Positions 18,177 to 28,747 of a stretch of DNA of 64,000 bases are shown here, one piece after another; the first letter of the stretch is position 1; every line of letters begins with the position of its first letter. Below the pieces are notes generated by a model that ran no database searches, had not been told where the DNA came from, and worked only from the letters and a program-made list of their open reading frames with translations. This stretch comes from Candidatus Liptonbacteria bacterium (lineage in GTDB: Bacteria > Patescibacteriota > Minisyncoccia > UBA6257 > JACOXY01), in assembly GCA_016182095.1 (NCBI GenBank), contig JACOXY010000011.1, positions 67,794 through 131,793 of the forward strand, in the 5' to 3' direction. Position numbers and translations under genes: made by a program.

Positions 18177-20102
18177 TTAAAGGTCGTTTGTTTCTCTCCA
18201 TGCTCTGTTTTTTATAAAAACCAATGCCCAGGCCCTAGACCAGTGTATTTTGTTTTTTAAGAATAATTTTTTAATCTTTCCGGGCAGCGTATCGGAGATA
18301 GCGATTTCTTTTAACCATTTTGAAAACGGGAGGGTAAATCCCATTTTGGGACGATCCCAAATCGCTTCCGGCAAGACATCTTTCATTGCGGCAATTAGTA
18401 GTGGCTTATTTAATTTTTGGAAATCCGATCTCCCGGTACCGCTGTCAATGTTCGAGGGGTCGGACTTCCCTATATTGAGCTTAATTTCTGCTGGCAAAGA
18501 ACTTACATATTCTACCAGCAAATTATCTAAAAATGGAACTCTTATTTCAATTGAGTGGTGCATCGCCATAAAGTCGCTGTCTTTTAATAACTGGTTCTGC
18601 AGGTAGAATTTTAGTTCGAGATAAGAAAGCGCATCGGCAGGAGCGAGTTTATAAGTTTGTAAGTTTATAAGTTTGTAAGTTTCCGAGATGGAATCAATAA
18701 GGTCATTAACTTCTTTAACGCTGATATCTAAAATTTTCGCTACTTCGGCTGGTACAAATAAACCGCGGATTGCAAGATAAAACCGTAGCAAATCATTTTG
18801 GCAAAGGTAACCAAGTTTGGCATATTTATCGCTAAAAAATCCCAATGTTCGGGACATCGTAAGTCCAGCGGACTTATGGTGTCCAAAAATGGAGAGTCCA
18901 TTCTGCATTTTTCGCAACAGAGCCGCTCTTCTAAAATGATTATATCCAAAAAATATTTCATCAGCCCCCAAGCCAGACAAAACCGTTTTCAGGCCAGCTT
19001 TTTTAGCTGCCTCTGCTACAAAATAGGTATTCACCCCGTCAATAGTCGGCTCATCCATCGCTTCAAAAATGTCAGAGGTGGCATCTTCAAAATCTTGACG
19101 GGTTATTTTGTATTCATGATGATTGCTGCCGATTTGTTTAGCAATTAAATCTTGATACTTTTTTTCGGAAAACTCGGCCTCGTCAAAAGTAATTGAGAGC
19201 GTGGTAATGGGATTTTTTCGGGCTTTTGATGCCAGAATCGCCAAAACGCTGGAATCAACACCGCCAGAAAGAAACACTCCGAGCGGCGCGTCGCTTATCA
19301 TATGCAAGCGCACTGATTCTTCTAATAGTTCTCTTGTTCTCGCTATAATTTGTTCTTGTGTTTTAATGTTTTCTTGTTCTCTTGTTTTATTGAAGTAGTC
19401 CAATGGTTCATAGTATTTAACTTTCTTCACCGACAAATCTTTGCTTACTTCCAGATAATATCCAGCTTCCAGCCCACACACTCCCTCTAGAGTTGTTCGC
19501 GGCAGGGGCACGGACCCAAACAAAAGAAAACCAATCAGGGCTTGTTCATTTTTATTAGCAGTAACTAATCCGCTTTGTTTAATGGCTTTTACGGTAGAAG
19601 CAAAAACAAGATTTTCTTTATCACAATAATAATATAGTGGCTTAATGCCGTAACGATCTTTAACCAAAAAAAGTTTTCTACGGCCTTCGTCCCACAAACC
19701 AAAAGCAAACATGCCGCGGAGTTTCTTAAACGACTCCGCTCCCCACTCCACATAAGCAGCTAAAATTACTTCTGTATCTGTTTTGGTTTGAAACTGATGC
19801 CCTTTTCTTTCAAGCTCTTTTCGTAACTCAAGAAAATTATAAATTTCTCCATTGAAGGTGATGGACACCTGACGCCTGACACCTGACACCTTACACTGAT
19901 AGCGCATTGGCTGCTTACCAGCAGAAGACAGGTCAAGAATAGATAGCCGCGTATGGCTAATCGCCAAGCCATCTTCTGCACTCAAAAAAAAGCCCTCGTC
20001 ATCGGGCCCGCGCCGCTTTTGGATTGCATTCATCCTTGTTACCGCGCTCTTAAGTTCATATTCCTTCAATTCAACGCTGTAAATACCAGAAATCCCGCAC
20101 AT
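18177..20102 (-). CDS. asnB: Asparagine synthase (glutamine-hydrolysing)-type amidotransferase
   Basis: MCGI.G, RRGPD, FNGEIYN, DRYGIKPLY, LSGGVDSS, SGLGADE, RVPFLD; carries several repeat-derived in-frame inserts. Confidence 0.95.
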   Translation of the reverse strand: MCGISGIYSVELKEYELKSAVTRMNAIQKRRGPDDEGFFLSAEDGLAISHTRLSILDLSSAGKQPMRYQCKVSGVRRQVSITFNGEIYNFLELRKELERKGHQFQTKTDTEVILAAYVEWGAESFKKLRGMFAFGLWDEGRRKLFLVKDRYGIKPLYYYCDKENLVFASTVKAIKQSGLVTANKNEQALIGFLLFGSVPLPRTTLEGVCGLEAGYYLEVSKDLSVKKVKYYEPLDYFNKTREQENIKTQEQIIARTRELLEESVRLHMISDAPLGVFLSGGVDSSVLAILASKARKNPITTLSITFDEAEFSEKKYQDLIAKQIGSNHHEYKITRQDFEDATSDIFEAMDEPTIDGVNTYFVAEAAKKAGLKTVLSGLGADEIFFGYNHFRRAALLRKMQNGLSIFGHHKSAGLTMSRTLGFFSDKYAKLGYLCQNDLLRFYLAIRGLFVPAEVAKILDISVKEVNDLIDSISETYKLINLQTYKLAPADALSYLELKFYLQNQLLKDSDFMAMHHSIEIRVPFLDNLLVEYVSSLPAEIKLNIGKSDPSNIDSGTGRSDFQKLNKPLLIAAMKDVLPEAIWDRPKMGFTLPFSKWLKEIAISDTLPGKIKKLFLKNKIHWSRAWALVFIKNRAWRETNDL

Positions 20103-20133
20103 TTGTTAATTAAATCACCAAAATCAACAAATG

Positions 20134-20751
20134 TTAAGGTTGGGATGGAAGTTCATTTTTGATTTGATTTACGCCGCCATCATTGTAAACTTCCACGATT
20201 CTTATCCCAATGCGCCTCGCCTCTTCTATGTTTCCTGCAAATCTGTAAATATCAAACAGGCTGTACAGAAAAACCTGCCTGTCGGGACTCTGCTTTAAAC
20301 CAAACTCGTACAGCTGAATTGCTTTTTCATAGTAGCTAAAATTGCGGGTAGCCATAAACGCTTGCTGGTAAACACTCCCGAAACTAAAAATAACTTGGCT
20401 ATAGCTAAATCCCGTCCCGCGATCAATAATGGGCCTTCCCCATTCTTCGGCTTTCTGCACCAACTGGTCCACTAGCGCCACATTGGGTTGGGGCTTGTTT
20501 TTTTCTTGAACAATAATTTCAGAGAGAATACCCATATAATTTGAAACCAATTCTTCCTGCCCCACTGGAGAACGATATCCTAAAATACCGTCATAAACAG
20601 CATTAAACTGCGGAAGGGAAGACACCTGGGTTTGGCGGGCTTCAATATATTTTTGAGCTTTCCTTAACGGCAAAAACGAGCCGTAATATAGAAGCCACGC
20701 CAAAAAGACGGCGCTCGTAATCGAAATAATTTTTTTTAAGAGTGGGCTCAT
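20134..20751 (-). CDS. Membrane-anchored helical/TPR-like protein resembling the C-terminal part of the upstream ligase paralog
   Basis: One TM then helical domain; SPDRQV matches APKRQD in the 787-aa paralog. Confidence 0.6.
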   Translation of the reverse strand: MSPLLKKIISITSAVFLAWLLYYGSFLPLRKAQKYIEARQTQVSSLPQFNAVYDGILGYRSPVGQEELVSNYMGILSEIIVQEKNKPQPNVALVDQLVQKAEEWGRPIIDRGTGFSYSQVIFSFGSVYQQAFMATRNFSYYEKAIQLYEFGLKQSPDRQVFLYSLFDIYRFAGNIEEARRIGIRIVEVYNDGGVNQIKNELPSQP

Positions 20752-20759
20752 ATATAAAA

Positions 20760-22151
20760 TTAGGATCTGGTTCCAAATTTGTAATTTGCAAACGCCAGAA
20801 ACAGAAAGAGATTTATATAAATAGGCAAAACATCAAAAAGAACCAGCCCCTGGATAAGATATCCTAGGGGCAGAGCAAAGATAATGGCCCTTTGAACCGT
20901 GAATTGTGTATTGGTGAGCATAGTCGCTATATTTTGTTTTTCGTTTTGATATTGATTCTTCTTAAGATTCTCGTCTTTTTGTTTTAATTTTTGCCAGCCA
21001 GTTGCAGTAAAAAATTGCGCATAAAAAACCGCAAACATAGCCACAAAACTAAGCAGACCCAATATGCCGCCAAAAATTAAATAATCAAAAAAGATGTTGT
21101 GCGCCCGGTCAAACCAAACAGTGTGAATAGGATTGTAATATTTTTCAAAAGCAATTGAAAAATTCTCCGGGCCCCATCCTAAAAGCGGACGCTCTTTCCA
21201 GGCTTCAATGGATTGTTGCCAAAGAACAAACCGCGTGCCTATGGTGGCGCCGCCAAAAGAAACGTCCAATATTCGATTTCCACCCTCTGCGCACCAAGGA
21301 GCCAAATTAATATATTGTCTGTAATAAACACCGAGGGAACCCAACGCAATAAGCGCGACTGCCGTGAGCAAAGCTGCCCTTCGCCAAAATTTTTGCGGCA
21401 TAGAAAACGCGAGATAGAAAAGCGCCGCGATAACACCGACGCCCAAACCCAAAAAGCCGCCTCTGGTTTGAGAAAAAGTTAAAAACACAAAAAAATAAAG
21501 TCCTAAAAGAATTAAAAACGGCAAATTCCACCTTTGCCAAATCTTAGAACGCCAGTCACCCGAGGCAATTAGAGAGCCGACATAAAAAAGAACGAAAATG
21601 GTATAAGTGCCTATATAAGCAGGATTACCAAGCGAACCGGCGAACCTATCGCAAAACGGGACGCTGACAAAGCCCTCAAGCTTAAAAGCTCCAGCCATCC
21701 CATAAAACATAACCAAAATTCCCGCAAAAACAGAAACTCTGAATAAATTTTTCCAGTCTTTTTCGCTTTTTAAAAACAAGAGAAGAAGAACAAAAAACAG
21801 ATAAAAGTGGAGCATTAAGAAGCTTCCTTCACCACGCTCAAAGTTGGACCAAAAAGAACCGCTGGGATTTATGCCGGTAAAGCCGGCAAGAGTAAAAATA
21901 GCGACAAAAAAGCTAACGGCAATGAAGAGCGGATTCTGGAATAAACCTGATACCTGATACCTGATACCTGATACTTTTTCCTCAAATCCCCACCCCAAAA
22001 TCGCAAACATAAGCGCCAGCTCAACTATAACTTTAAAAAAAGTGTATTTGCCGACTATAAAAGGGAAGAGGGTGCTAGGAGTAACAATAATAACCGCAAA
22101 AGGAGCCAGGTACAGTAAAATTTTGGAAATCTTAAAAAAATTTACAAGCAT
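20760..22151 (-). CDS. O-antigen ligase/oligosaccharyltransferase (Wzy_C) family protein
   Basis: ERGEG, GNPAY, TRG, RPLLGWGPENF, DRAHN motifs; start set at ATG 22151. Confidence 0.85.
   Translation of the reverse strand: MLVNFFKISKILLYLAPFAVIIVTPSTLFPFIVGKYTFFKVIVELALMFAILGWGFEEKVSGIRYQVSGLFQNPLFIAVSFFVAIFTLAGFTGINPSGSFWSNFERGEGSFLMLHFYLFFVLLLLFLKSEKDWKNLFRVSVFAGILVMFYGMAGAFKLEGFVSVPFCDRFAGSLGNPAYIGTYTIFVLFYVGSLIASGDWRSKIWQRWNLPFLILLGLYFFVFLTFSQTRGGFLGLGVGVIAALFYLAFSMPQKFWRRAALLTAVALIALGSLGVYYRQYINLAPWCAEGGNRILDVSFGGATIGTRFVLWQQSIEAWKERPLLGWGPENFSIAFEKYYNPIHTVWFDRAHNIFFDYLIFGGILGLLSFVAMFAVFYAQFFTATGWQKLKQKDENLKKNQYQNEKQNIATMLTNTQFTVQRAIIFALPLGYLIQGLVLFDVLPIYINLFLFLAFANYKFGTRS
21945..21972. 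repeat. 7-mer tandem repeat (acctgat)x4 in frame (KVSGIRYQVSG)
   Basis: Read directly; lies in a loop between TM helices. Confidence 0.8.
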
Positions 22152-22179
22152 AGGGTTTAGGGTTTTAACTATACCCTTT

Positions 22180-24543
22180 TTAGAATTTATGAAGTATATC
22201 CCACTCGCCTTTTTCCGCCAAATCAATCAGAACCTTCATGTCTTCTCGTAAATCTGGAAATTTAGCGAGATAATTTGCTACCAGAAGAAAATTCTCTTTA
22301 TCTTTTGCGTCTCTGAAATATGTGAGGGCTCTCCCATAATACGACAAATCAAAGGTTTGGCCTATGTCGCCCTTTAGGCTCTTCAGAACAAGTTCAACGA
22401 CCTTTTTTTCATTTCCAAAAACTGTGTACAGATAAATCATGTTATTGAAATCCGAACCAAAAAAATTCTGATATGGCGTTGCAAACTCGTCAATTTTTTT
22501 CAGGGCCGCTTTAGACTTCTCGTTTTCTCCCGCTATCGCATAAACAACCGCCGCATTCATGTAGCTCCGCGGAACTTTTGGATTCAGCGCAATCGCTTTC
22601 TCCGAGGTTTCCATCGCTTCTTTATATTTATTTTGCCCGGCAAGACTTAACGCTAAATGATAATAAACGTCTTGCCTCTTGGGAGCAAATTCCAACGCGT
22701 CGCGCATTAACTTTTCTATTTGAAGATTCAACTCAATTACTCGGGGGTCGTTCTCGTCATCGTAAGAACGGGCAATGGCTGATAGCATCTGCGCCTCTCT
22801 AATATGGAAACGGACGTCGTATGGCTCTCTCTCAACGATTTCCTGTATGGATTGAACCAATAAATCCGTAAGCTTAGAAAATTCCGGCGCCGAGAGTACA
22901 TTGGGATTATTAAAATAATCATCCATATAAATGTCATCTATGCCAAAACCGCGTATAGTCGCCTGCGCGTAGTTATAGGGAGATAAGGCTTTTTGAACTA
23001 ACTCATATGAGCGCTCAATGCTTGAGCCGCGCGGAGCAATTCTAAAAAGTTTCGCCTGGGCGTAAGGAATGACGTGAAGATAGTACAAGGACATTAAACC
23101 CAATAATCCGACCCCGGATGCCACAGATAGCAAAACAAATCTTTCATTCAAAGATGGGGGCTCGTTAGCTATGGTTTGAGTTTGCCGATCGCCATTAACA
23201 TAGGCAATAACAAACGCCAGAAGGCTAAAAAAGGCCATGTCAGAAAGTATTTGGTCAAATAAAAATAAGTTTTGAATAAAGTAGGCGCTAATTCCCGCTA
23301 TAAGTGTAAGCGCTAAAAGAAAATTTTCTTTGTAAATTCTTTTTAAAATAGCGCGAGTGAGCACAACGAAAAATCCCAAATAAACAATGAGTCCGATAAC
23401 ACCTTGCATAACCAAGAGATCAAAAATTTTGTTATGAGCGCGGTCCAACCAGGTATCGCCATAAAGCGAGAAATCTGGATCGTAATACTTCTCGTATGCG
23501 TTTAGGTAATTTTCCGGACCCCAGCCCAAAATAGGCCTTTCTTTAAAAGCTTCCCAGCTTACTTGCCAAGTTAATAAACGAAATGGGGCAGAGTCTTTAA
23601 ATGAAAAAAGGTTGGTGTTCGCGATTCTATTTAGCCCTGGAATTGCTTGCCATACTGGAGCATTTTTAGTTAGAAAAAATACCGCGGTAAAAATTACGAA
23701 AGCCACTATCAAATATCTGGCCATTTTTTTGAGTGGATAGGAAGAAAAATAAACATCTTTTTTGTAAAACGCCAAAATTGCCATAAATACTAAAAAGCCG
23801 ACCGTGGCACCCAAGATAGCCCCGCGAGTACCCGTTAAAAAAATAGTTAGCAATGACAGAATAACCAAGAAAAGGGTTAGGTAAAAACCATTCTTTTTAC
23901 CCGCTGGTATATAAAACTGAACAACACCAGCGCTTTCATTATGCTGTAAAAGACGCGAGGCCATAAAAAGACCGCCGAAAATCATAACAAATAACATATG
24001 AGTCGCGAGAAATGCCGGATTCCCAACTATGGCAGAAACTCTCTCCCCCGCGATATTGGTAGAACCAAAATACTGAAATGCCGAGTAAAGAGCGAGCATA
24101 AAGCCAGTGACTAAAAACGCGCTAAAGTAGTAGGCCCAATCTTTTTTTCCGAACGTTAGATATAAGAGCAAAAAGTAAACATAAAAATGCAGCGTCCCAA
24201 AAACACCTTCGCCGCGCTCCAAGGTTCCCCAAAAAGCGCGATAAGCATTGTCAGCAAAGAAAGAACTTACTATATAAGATAATAAAAACAAAAACAAAAA
24301 TATCGCAACCGGATTCTTTAAAAGAGTAGCGGCCCTATCCCATAAAACCCTTCTTTCGCTTTTAGAAATAAACGAGATATAGAAAAAAAACAAAGCTGCA
24401 ACTATTTCAACCGCGCTTCTAAAAAAAATAATCTTAGGCAAAGAATAGGGTAAAATAACGGCGCGGGAGAACACCAAAGCGGTAAGTGGGGTAATAAAGA
24501 GAGTTATTTTAAGCGCTAAACGCGTAAGCGAAGCCTTATACAT
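22180..24543 (-). CDS. O-antigen ligase family protein with C-terminal TPRs
   Basis: ERGEG, GNPAF, TRGA, RPILGWGPENY, DRAHN; TPR-like AIALNPK region. Confidence 0.85.
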   Translation of the reverse strand: MYKASLTRLALKITLFITPLTALVFSRAVILPYSLPKIIFFRSAVEIVAALFFFYISFISKSERRVLWDRAATLLKNPVAIFLFLFLLSYIVSSFFADNAYRAFWGTLERGEGVFGTLHFYVYFLLLYLTFGKKDWAYYFSAFLVTGFMLALYSAFQYFGSTNIAGERVSAIVGNPAFLATHMLFVMIFGGLFMASRLLQHNESAGVVQFYIPAGKKNGFYLTLFLVILSLLTIFLTGTRGAILGATVGFLVFMAILAFYKKDVYFSSYPLKKMARYLIVAFVIFTAVFFLTKNAPVWQAIPGLNRIANTNLFSFKDSAPFRLLTWQVSWEAFKERPILGWGPENYLNAYEKYYDPDFSLYGDTWLDRAHNKIFDLLVMQGVIGLIVYLGFFVVLTRAILKRIYKENFLLALTLIAGISAYFIQNLFLFDQILSDMAFFSLLAFVIAYVNGDRQTQTIANEPPSLNERFVLLSVASGVGLLGLMSLYYLHVIPYAQAKLFRIAPRGSSIERSYELVQKALSPYNYAQATIRGFGIDDIYMDDYFNNPNVLSAPEFSKLTDLLVQSIQEIVEREPYDVRFHIREAQMLSAIARSYDDENDPRVIELNLQIEKLMRDALEFAPKRQDVYYHLALSLAGQNKYKEAMETSEKAIALNPKVPRSYMNAAVVYAIAGENEKSKAALKKIDEFATPYQNFFGSDFNNMIYLYTVFGNEKKVVELVLKSLKGDIGQTFDLSYYGRALTYFRDAKDKENFLLVANYLAKFPDLREDMKVLIDLAEKGEWDILHKF

Positions 24544-24723
24544 AATAACGCAATTATACCTTTTCTAAGATTAATTTCAAATTTTCACTACTCGACAAAC
24601 CAGATAGTAGAAATGCGAGTGAAGTTTTCCAAAAAATATGGTAATGCCGTCAATAAAATCCACAGGGATATTATTAGGTAAGTATTGGTGAAAAGAAATG
24701 CTCGCATTTTTACTACTTGGCAA

Positions 24724-24756
24724 ATGCAAAAGAGGCCCCGGAGGGGCCTCTTTGCA
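24724..24756 (-). terminator. Rho-independent terminator of the surface-protein gene
   Basis: Hairpin agaggcccc-gga-ggggcctct about 25 bp past the stop. Confidence 0.7.
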
Positions 24757-24781
24757 TAAATTAACGCATTCTCAAGCTACG

Positions 24782-27700
24782 TTAATTTTCAATAGTAACG
24801 GTGTCAGACGGAAGAACGTTGACCAAGTGGCTGTTCGCCCAATCGGCCGTAGTTTCGTCGTGTCCCGCCACAGAGTAGTCAGACCAAATGAACGAATCGG
24901 ATGCGTCATGAGATATGGATGTCATACCAATATCTCCATAAGTACCGGTCACAGCCGAAGTTTCGGCTCTATGAAGGTTAGTAGAGATGCTGGAAGGAGT
25001 GGTACCACCCACCACGGAACCAACCGTAACTTGAACCTCATACTCCCTTGAGCTGCCTGCGGCAACCTCTTCGGGGGTAGAAAGCACTAAGTTTAGGTAA
25101 CCAGTGGAGTGTACTGTATCTATTGAATTGGTTGAAGTCGCGCCCGTTGCTGAAGTAGCTGTCCATGCCGACGCGAGAGTGAGGTTAGATGAACCGCCAA
25201 CTCTCTTAATCGACGCGTTAGAATCAGTCGCCGCAGTTATAGTCGCGTTTGTTACAGAGATCTTCAACTGTACTCTCTTCCAAGCCACCTGCCCGTCTCC
25301 ATTAGCCGCCACGGTAAACTTGATAACTTTCTTGGATCCTACGCCAACCGTATCAAGGCCGGAACCGGAAACTGTAAGGGTCGGCTTGACCTTATAGACG
25401 AGCTTCTGGTTGCCGCTCGCGGCGGTAATTGTAGTATCCTTGTTAGTCGCGCCTTGGGCCTCAAATCCGGCCGCCATTACGTGGGCGTAAAGATTTGTTC
25501 CAAAGTCCGCACCAGAACCGCTTTGGCCTATTGCCGGAACTACAGATTTTACAGTCAGGGTCTTGGATCCGTCTTTCGGAATAGCCCAGCCAAGATTCTC
25601 AACAACGGCAATTGATGAGGAAGCTCCGGAAGCCTGGATTGTATATCCGGAAACTGATCCGATCTGCACAGTTCCGTCGTAAAGCTTCAGAGTCGGAGAG
25701 TCATCTGCGGTTGTCGTTGTAGTTGCTGTAGCGCTGGTTGAGGAGTTCACCATAATGTGAAGCTTATTCACGGTCATTAACTCGTTCGTCGCTGTAAAGC
25801 GGAACTTAGCCAGAACTCTCTCTCCGCCAGCGAGCACAACGCCAGCTTCCGTATCGGAGTCATCAGCAGCTTTGATTACCGTGACATCTCCAACGGTGCT
25901 AACCGTAACCAAAACAGTACCGCCGGAATTTGTACCGAATCCGGTTTGAGTAGCGGTGTTGCCATCGCTGTCGGTCGCCGTAACATCAGTCGTTGTAGAA
26001 GCAATTTTAATCGCAAATATATCGTTGTTAGTGGCATCAGTTGCGACATTGCCTCGCACTGTAAGAGTCTTGGTTTCTCCAGCCGCAACGGAAATGTTTA
26101 GGCCAGTGAATGTTGAAGTTAAGTCAGACGAATTCAATGACTTAACGTCCGAAACCTTGGTCGCGCCATCATAGAGAGCAAGATTGGTTACTTCTCCCGA
26201 TGTAAGCGTGCCACTGGTAGCAGACGCTGTTATCTTTAAGGTGCTGATCTTTATCGTGTCAGCGGTTGCCTTAAAGCTGAATCCTACAAGATCCTTACCA
26301 GTGGAACCTTGAACCACGGTCTGTGATGAAGGGCTCGCAGAAAGCTGAATATCTAAGGTTGGAGCCTTAACAGTCATGGTGTTACCGGCAATAGTGCTGT
26401 TCGGCACTATGTCTGTAGTCGCCACAAACTGGTTATTGTCCAAATTCTTGATGTCGCTTCCTTGGAAAGCCAAAAGATACATCGTAATGCTGTCACCGGC
26501 ATCATTATCAGCATCAATATCAGCAGTTACCTTAAAGGTTTTGGATGATCCAGCTGCCATTGTAAATACGTCAGTAAATGTCTGGTCGGTTGAAGTTGTA
26601 ATGTCAACCGCGCTTGTTATAACACTGTTATTTGACGTATCCCAAACCTTGAGATCGTTGAATCCTTCGCCAGAGATCAACCCAGTTGTTGTGGCGTGGA
26701 ACCTCCAGTTTCTGATTTCAATTTGGTTCTTATTGGCAATGGTGAAGTTGTAAAGCTGCACATCTTGTCCGCGAAGCGCAATGTCGCTCTGGATTGGACC
26801 ATTAAAGGTAATGGTTACATCACCTCCGGTTAACGCAACCGTGTGCGTTTCACCCGTAGTATCCATACCGCCGATATCAACCTGAACATTAAAGCCGAAA
26901 GTTTTGCCCTTGGCTTGTACGTCCGCGGCTGAATCAAAATACATCATAATCGTATCTCCGGACTTAGCAGAACCGGCAATGTCAGCGTAGAGCTTAAATG
27001 TCTTTTGCTGGCCCTTTTCAATCTTAAGCGGTGAGCTCAAGGCTAAAGTAACCAAATCTTTGGCGCCAACTCCAGAAGCGCTCGCTACAGCCACATCATT
27101 CTGCTTCAAAACGAAGTTAGAAAGATTGCTGTTTGAAATTGATCCACCCTGGGTCATAGCCACAGACATAACCTCTACGTCTTCCGCCCCTGATACATCA
27201 AGACGGAATTCCGAAACTTGAACGTTCTTGGCTCCAACTGTTGTGCTGGAGAGCGAACCAACCTTTGTGGTCGTAGCAACACCAGCTGTAGAGCCTCCGA
27301 TTGTGAAGGAGTTGCCCTTCAAAGAACCGGAAACGCTCGGGGTGCCGACAGCCGCCATAAGTTCAAAATAGTCAACATTCCCAGCAGTCGCGCCGGTAGC
27401 GGTATCAACCGCAAGCCATAGCGTTCTGGTGCCGGCTACTTGAAGATTAAGGTTTACAAATGAAACTTCATGTGTGGTTGAGTTGACGCTCTTACCGGAA
27501 GTCAACCGGTTAGCTCCTTCATAAAGGTAAATGCCGGATGATTTAAAGTCGGTCGTTGCTCCAACTCCCTGCCTCTTGAATGTTAATTCATTCAAGGTTC
27601 CGTTTCCGGAAACAGTAAATTTCAAGACATTAAATGCTGAAGCGCCTTTTGGAACAGTCGCTCCCGCAGGATTATCTGAAGCCAATGCTAAGCTCAAGCC

Positions 27701-28201
27701 GGTTCCCGGCACAACAACAGGAGGAACTCCAGGTGTTACGCCGCCAACCGCGGCCAACGCACTGTATTTTGCTCGTGAAATAGGACCAAAGTATCCAACC
27801 GCCGGCGTAACGTTATTGGCGGCCTGCCACTTTGAAACTCCGCCTCTAGTGATTGGTCCAAAGTAGGAAGTTTCGTTCCCAGGTGAACCGGCTCCAGAAG
27901 CAGCAAGTTGATATCCCGCGCCATTCAGGTATTTTTGCAAGCACATGACATCATCTCCTGTAGAACCCACAGTGAGGCTGCGAGTAAAGTTACAAGAAAC
28001 GGCAGCGCTTCCGCCTGAACTAGCGTTTAGCTGTGCCTGTAAGGCCGCGATTTGAGCCAAAAGAGCCGAGATCTGCGCTTGCAAATCAGCGGTTGTCTGT
28101 GCGCTCACAGCAACCGGAACAAGCGCCGCAGCTCCTGAAAGCCAAAGCGTGGTAGTTACAGAAAGCACAGCTGATAAAGCTTTGCTTTTCGTTTTACTCA
28201 T
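24782..28201 (-). CDS. Large secreted surface (S-layer-like) protein with peptidoglycan-binding-like N-terminal domain
   Basis: Signal peptide; LQAQI.ALLAQI.ALQ coil; C.FTRSL..GS.G.DV..LQ.YLN and YFGPITR motifs typical of Parcubacteria; Thr/Ser/Gly-rich beta repeats. Confidence 0.8.
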   Translation of the reverse strand: MSKTKSKALSAVLSVTTTLWLSGAAALVPVAVSAQTTADLQAQISALLAQIAALQAQLNASSGGSAAVSCNFTRSLTVGSTGDDVMCLQKYLNGAGYQLAASGAGSPGNETSYFGPITRGGVSKWQAANNVTPAVGYFGPISRAKYSALAAVGGVTPGVPPVVVPGTGLSLALASDNPAGATVPKGASAFNVLKFTVSGNGTLNELTFKRQGVGATTDFKSSGIYLYEGANRLTSGKSVNSTTHEVSFVNLNLQVAGTRTLWLAVDTATGATAGNVDYFELMAAVGTPSVSGSLKGNSFTIGGSTAGVATTTKVGSLSSTTVGAKNVQVSEFRLDVSGAEDVEVMSVAMTQGGSISNSNLSNFVLKQNDVAVASASGVGAKDLVTLALSSPLKIEKGQQKTFKLYADIAGSAKSGDTIMMYFDSAADVQAKGKTFGFNVQVDIGGMDTTGETHTVALTGGDVTITFNGPIQSDIALRGQDVQLYNFTIANKNQIEIRNWRFHATTTGLISGEGFNDLKVWDTSNNSVITSAVDITTSTDQTFTDVFTMAAGSSKTFKVTADIDADNDAGDSITMYLLAFQGSDIKNLDNNQFVATTDIVPNSTIAGNTMTVKAPTLDIQLSASPSSQTVVQGSTGKDLVGFSFKATADTIKISTLKITASATSGTLTSGEVTNLALYDGATKVSDVKSLNSSDLTSTFTGLNISVAAGETKTLTVRGNVATDATNNDIFAIKIASTTTDVTATDSDGNTATQTGFGTNSGGTVLVTVSTVGDVTVIKAADDSDTEAGVVLAGGERVLAKFRFTATNELMTVNKLHIMVNSSTSATATTTTTADDSPTLKLYDGTVQIGSVSGYTIQASGASSSIAVVENLGWAIPKDGSKTLTVKSVVPAIGQSGSGADFGTNLYAHVMAAGFEAQGATNKDTTITAASGNQKLVYKVKPTLTVSGSGLDTVGVGSKKVIKFTVAANGDGQVAWKRVQLKISVTNATITAATDSNASIKRVGGSSNLTLASAWTATSATGATSTNSIDTVHSTGYLNLVLSTPEEVAAGSSREYEVQVTVGSVVGGTTPSSISTNLHRAETSAVTGTYGDIGMTSISHDASDSFIWSDYSVAGHDETTADWANSHLVNVLPSDTVTIEN

Positions 28202-28638
28202 TTTTCTAAAAAATTTATTTATTTTTAATACAAAATTTTCTCTGAAGACTTAATCCACTCGTATCGACCGACCGCCTAACTCTACGCCCACCCGAGGGCG
28301 AGAAACTTTACTTCCTCCCCGCCTTTGTGAGGATGGGCGGGAGGTAGATGGCGATTTAACGATAAAGATAAGTCTATGGTATCTATATGAACAGCTGACA
28401 ATTGCCACCTTTGACAAGCCTCGCCTCTCACGGGACCCTTGACAACTGTGAGCTAAAAACAAAATCGCTCGCTTTGAAGCGAGACGGCTACTAACGGCAA
28501 AGCAAATAACTGAAAACCAATAACCTTGTTAAAAGTTATATGTTCGCGGTTATAGATTGCGTTAGCCTGGCCTCACTCCAAGCTATTACAACTTTATTAT
28601 ATTCTGTTGTTAAAAGTAGGACAACAGTGGAAACTGTG

Positions 28639-28672
28639 CATAAGTGAACAGAGTCCATAAGTGAACAGAGTC
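28639..28672. repeat. 17-bp perfect tandem duplication cataagtgaacagagtc
   Basis: Read directly: units 28639-28655 and 28656-28672. Confidence 0.9.
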
Positions 28673-28747
28673 AAGTTGCCTACTGAATATAAAACGAATA
28701 AGCAGGGCTTTAGTTACAAGCCTATTTTAATAATCTGTATTTGATAT

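Noticed and set aside
25104-27924. Multiple antisense and alternative-frame ORFs within the surface-protein gene (and similar ones in clpB, asnB, ftsH)
   Set aside because: Shadow ORFs arising from the codon bias of well-supported genes.
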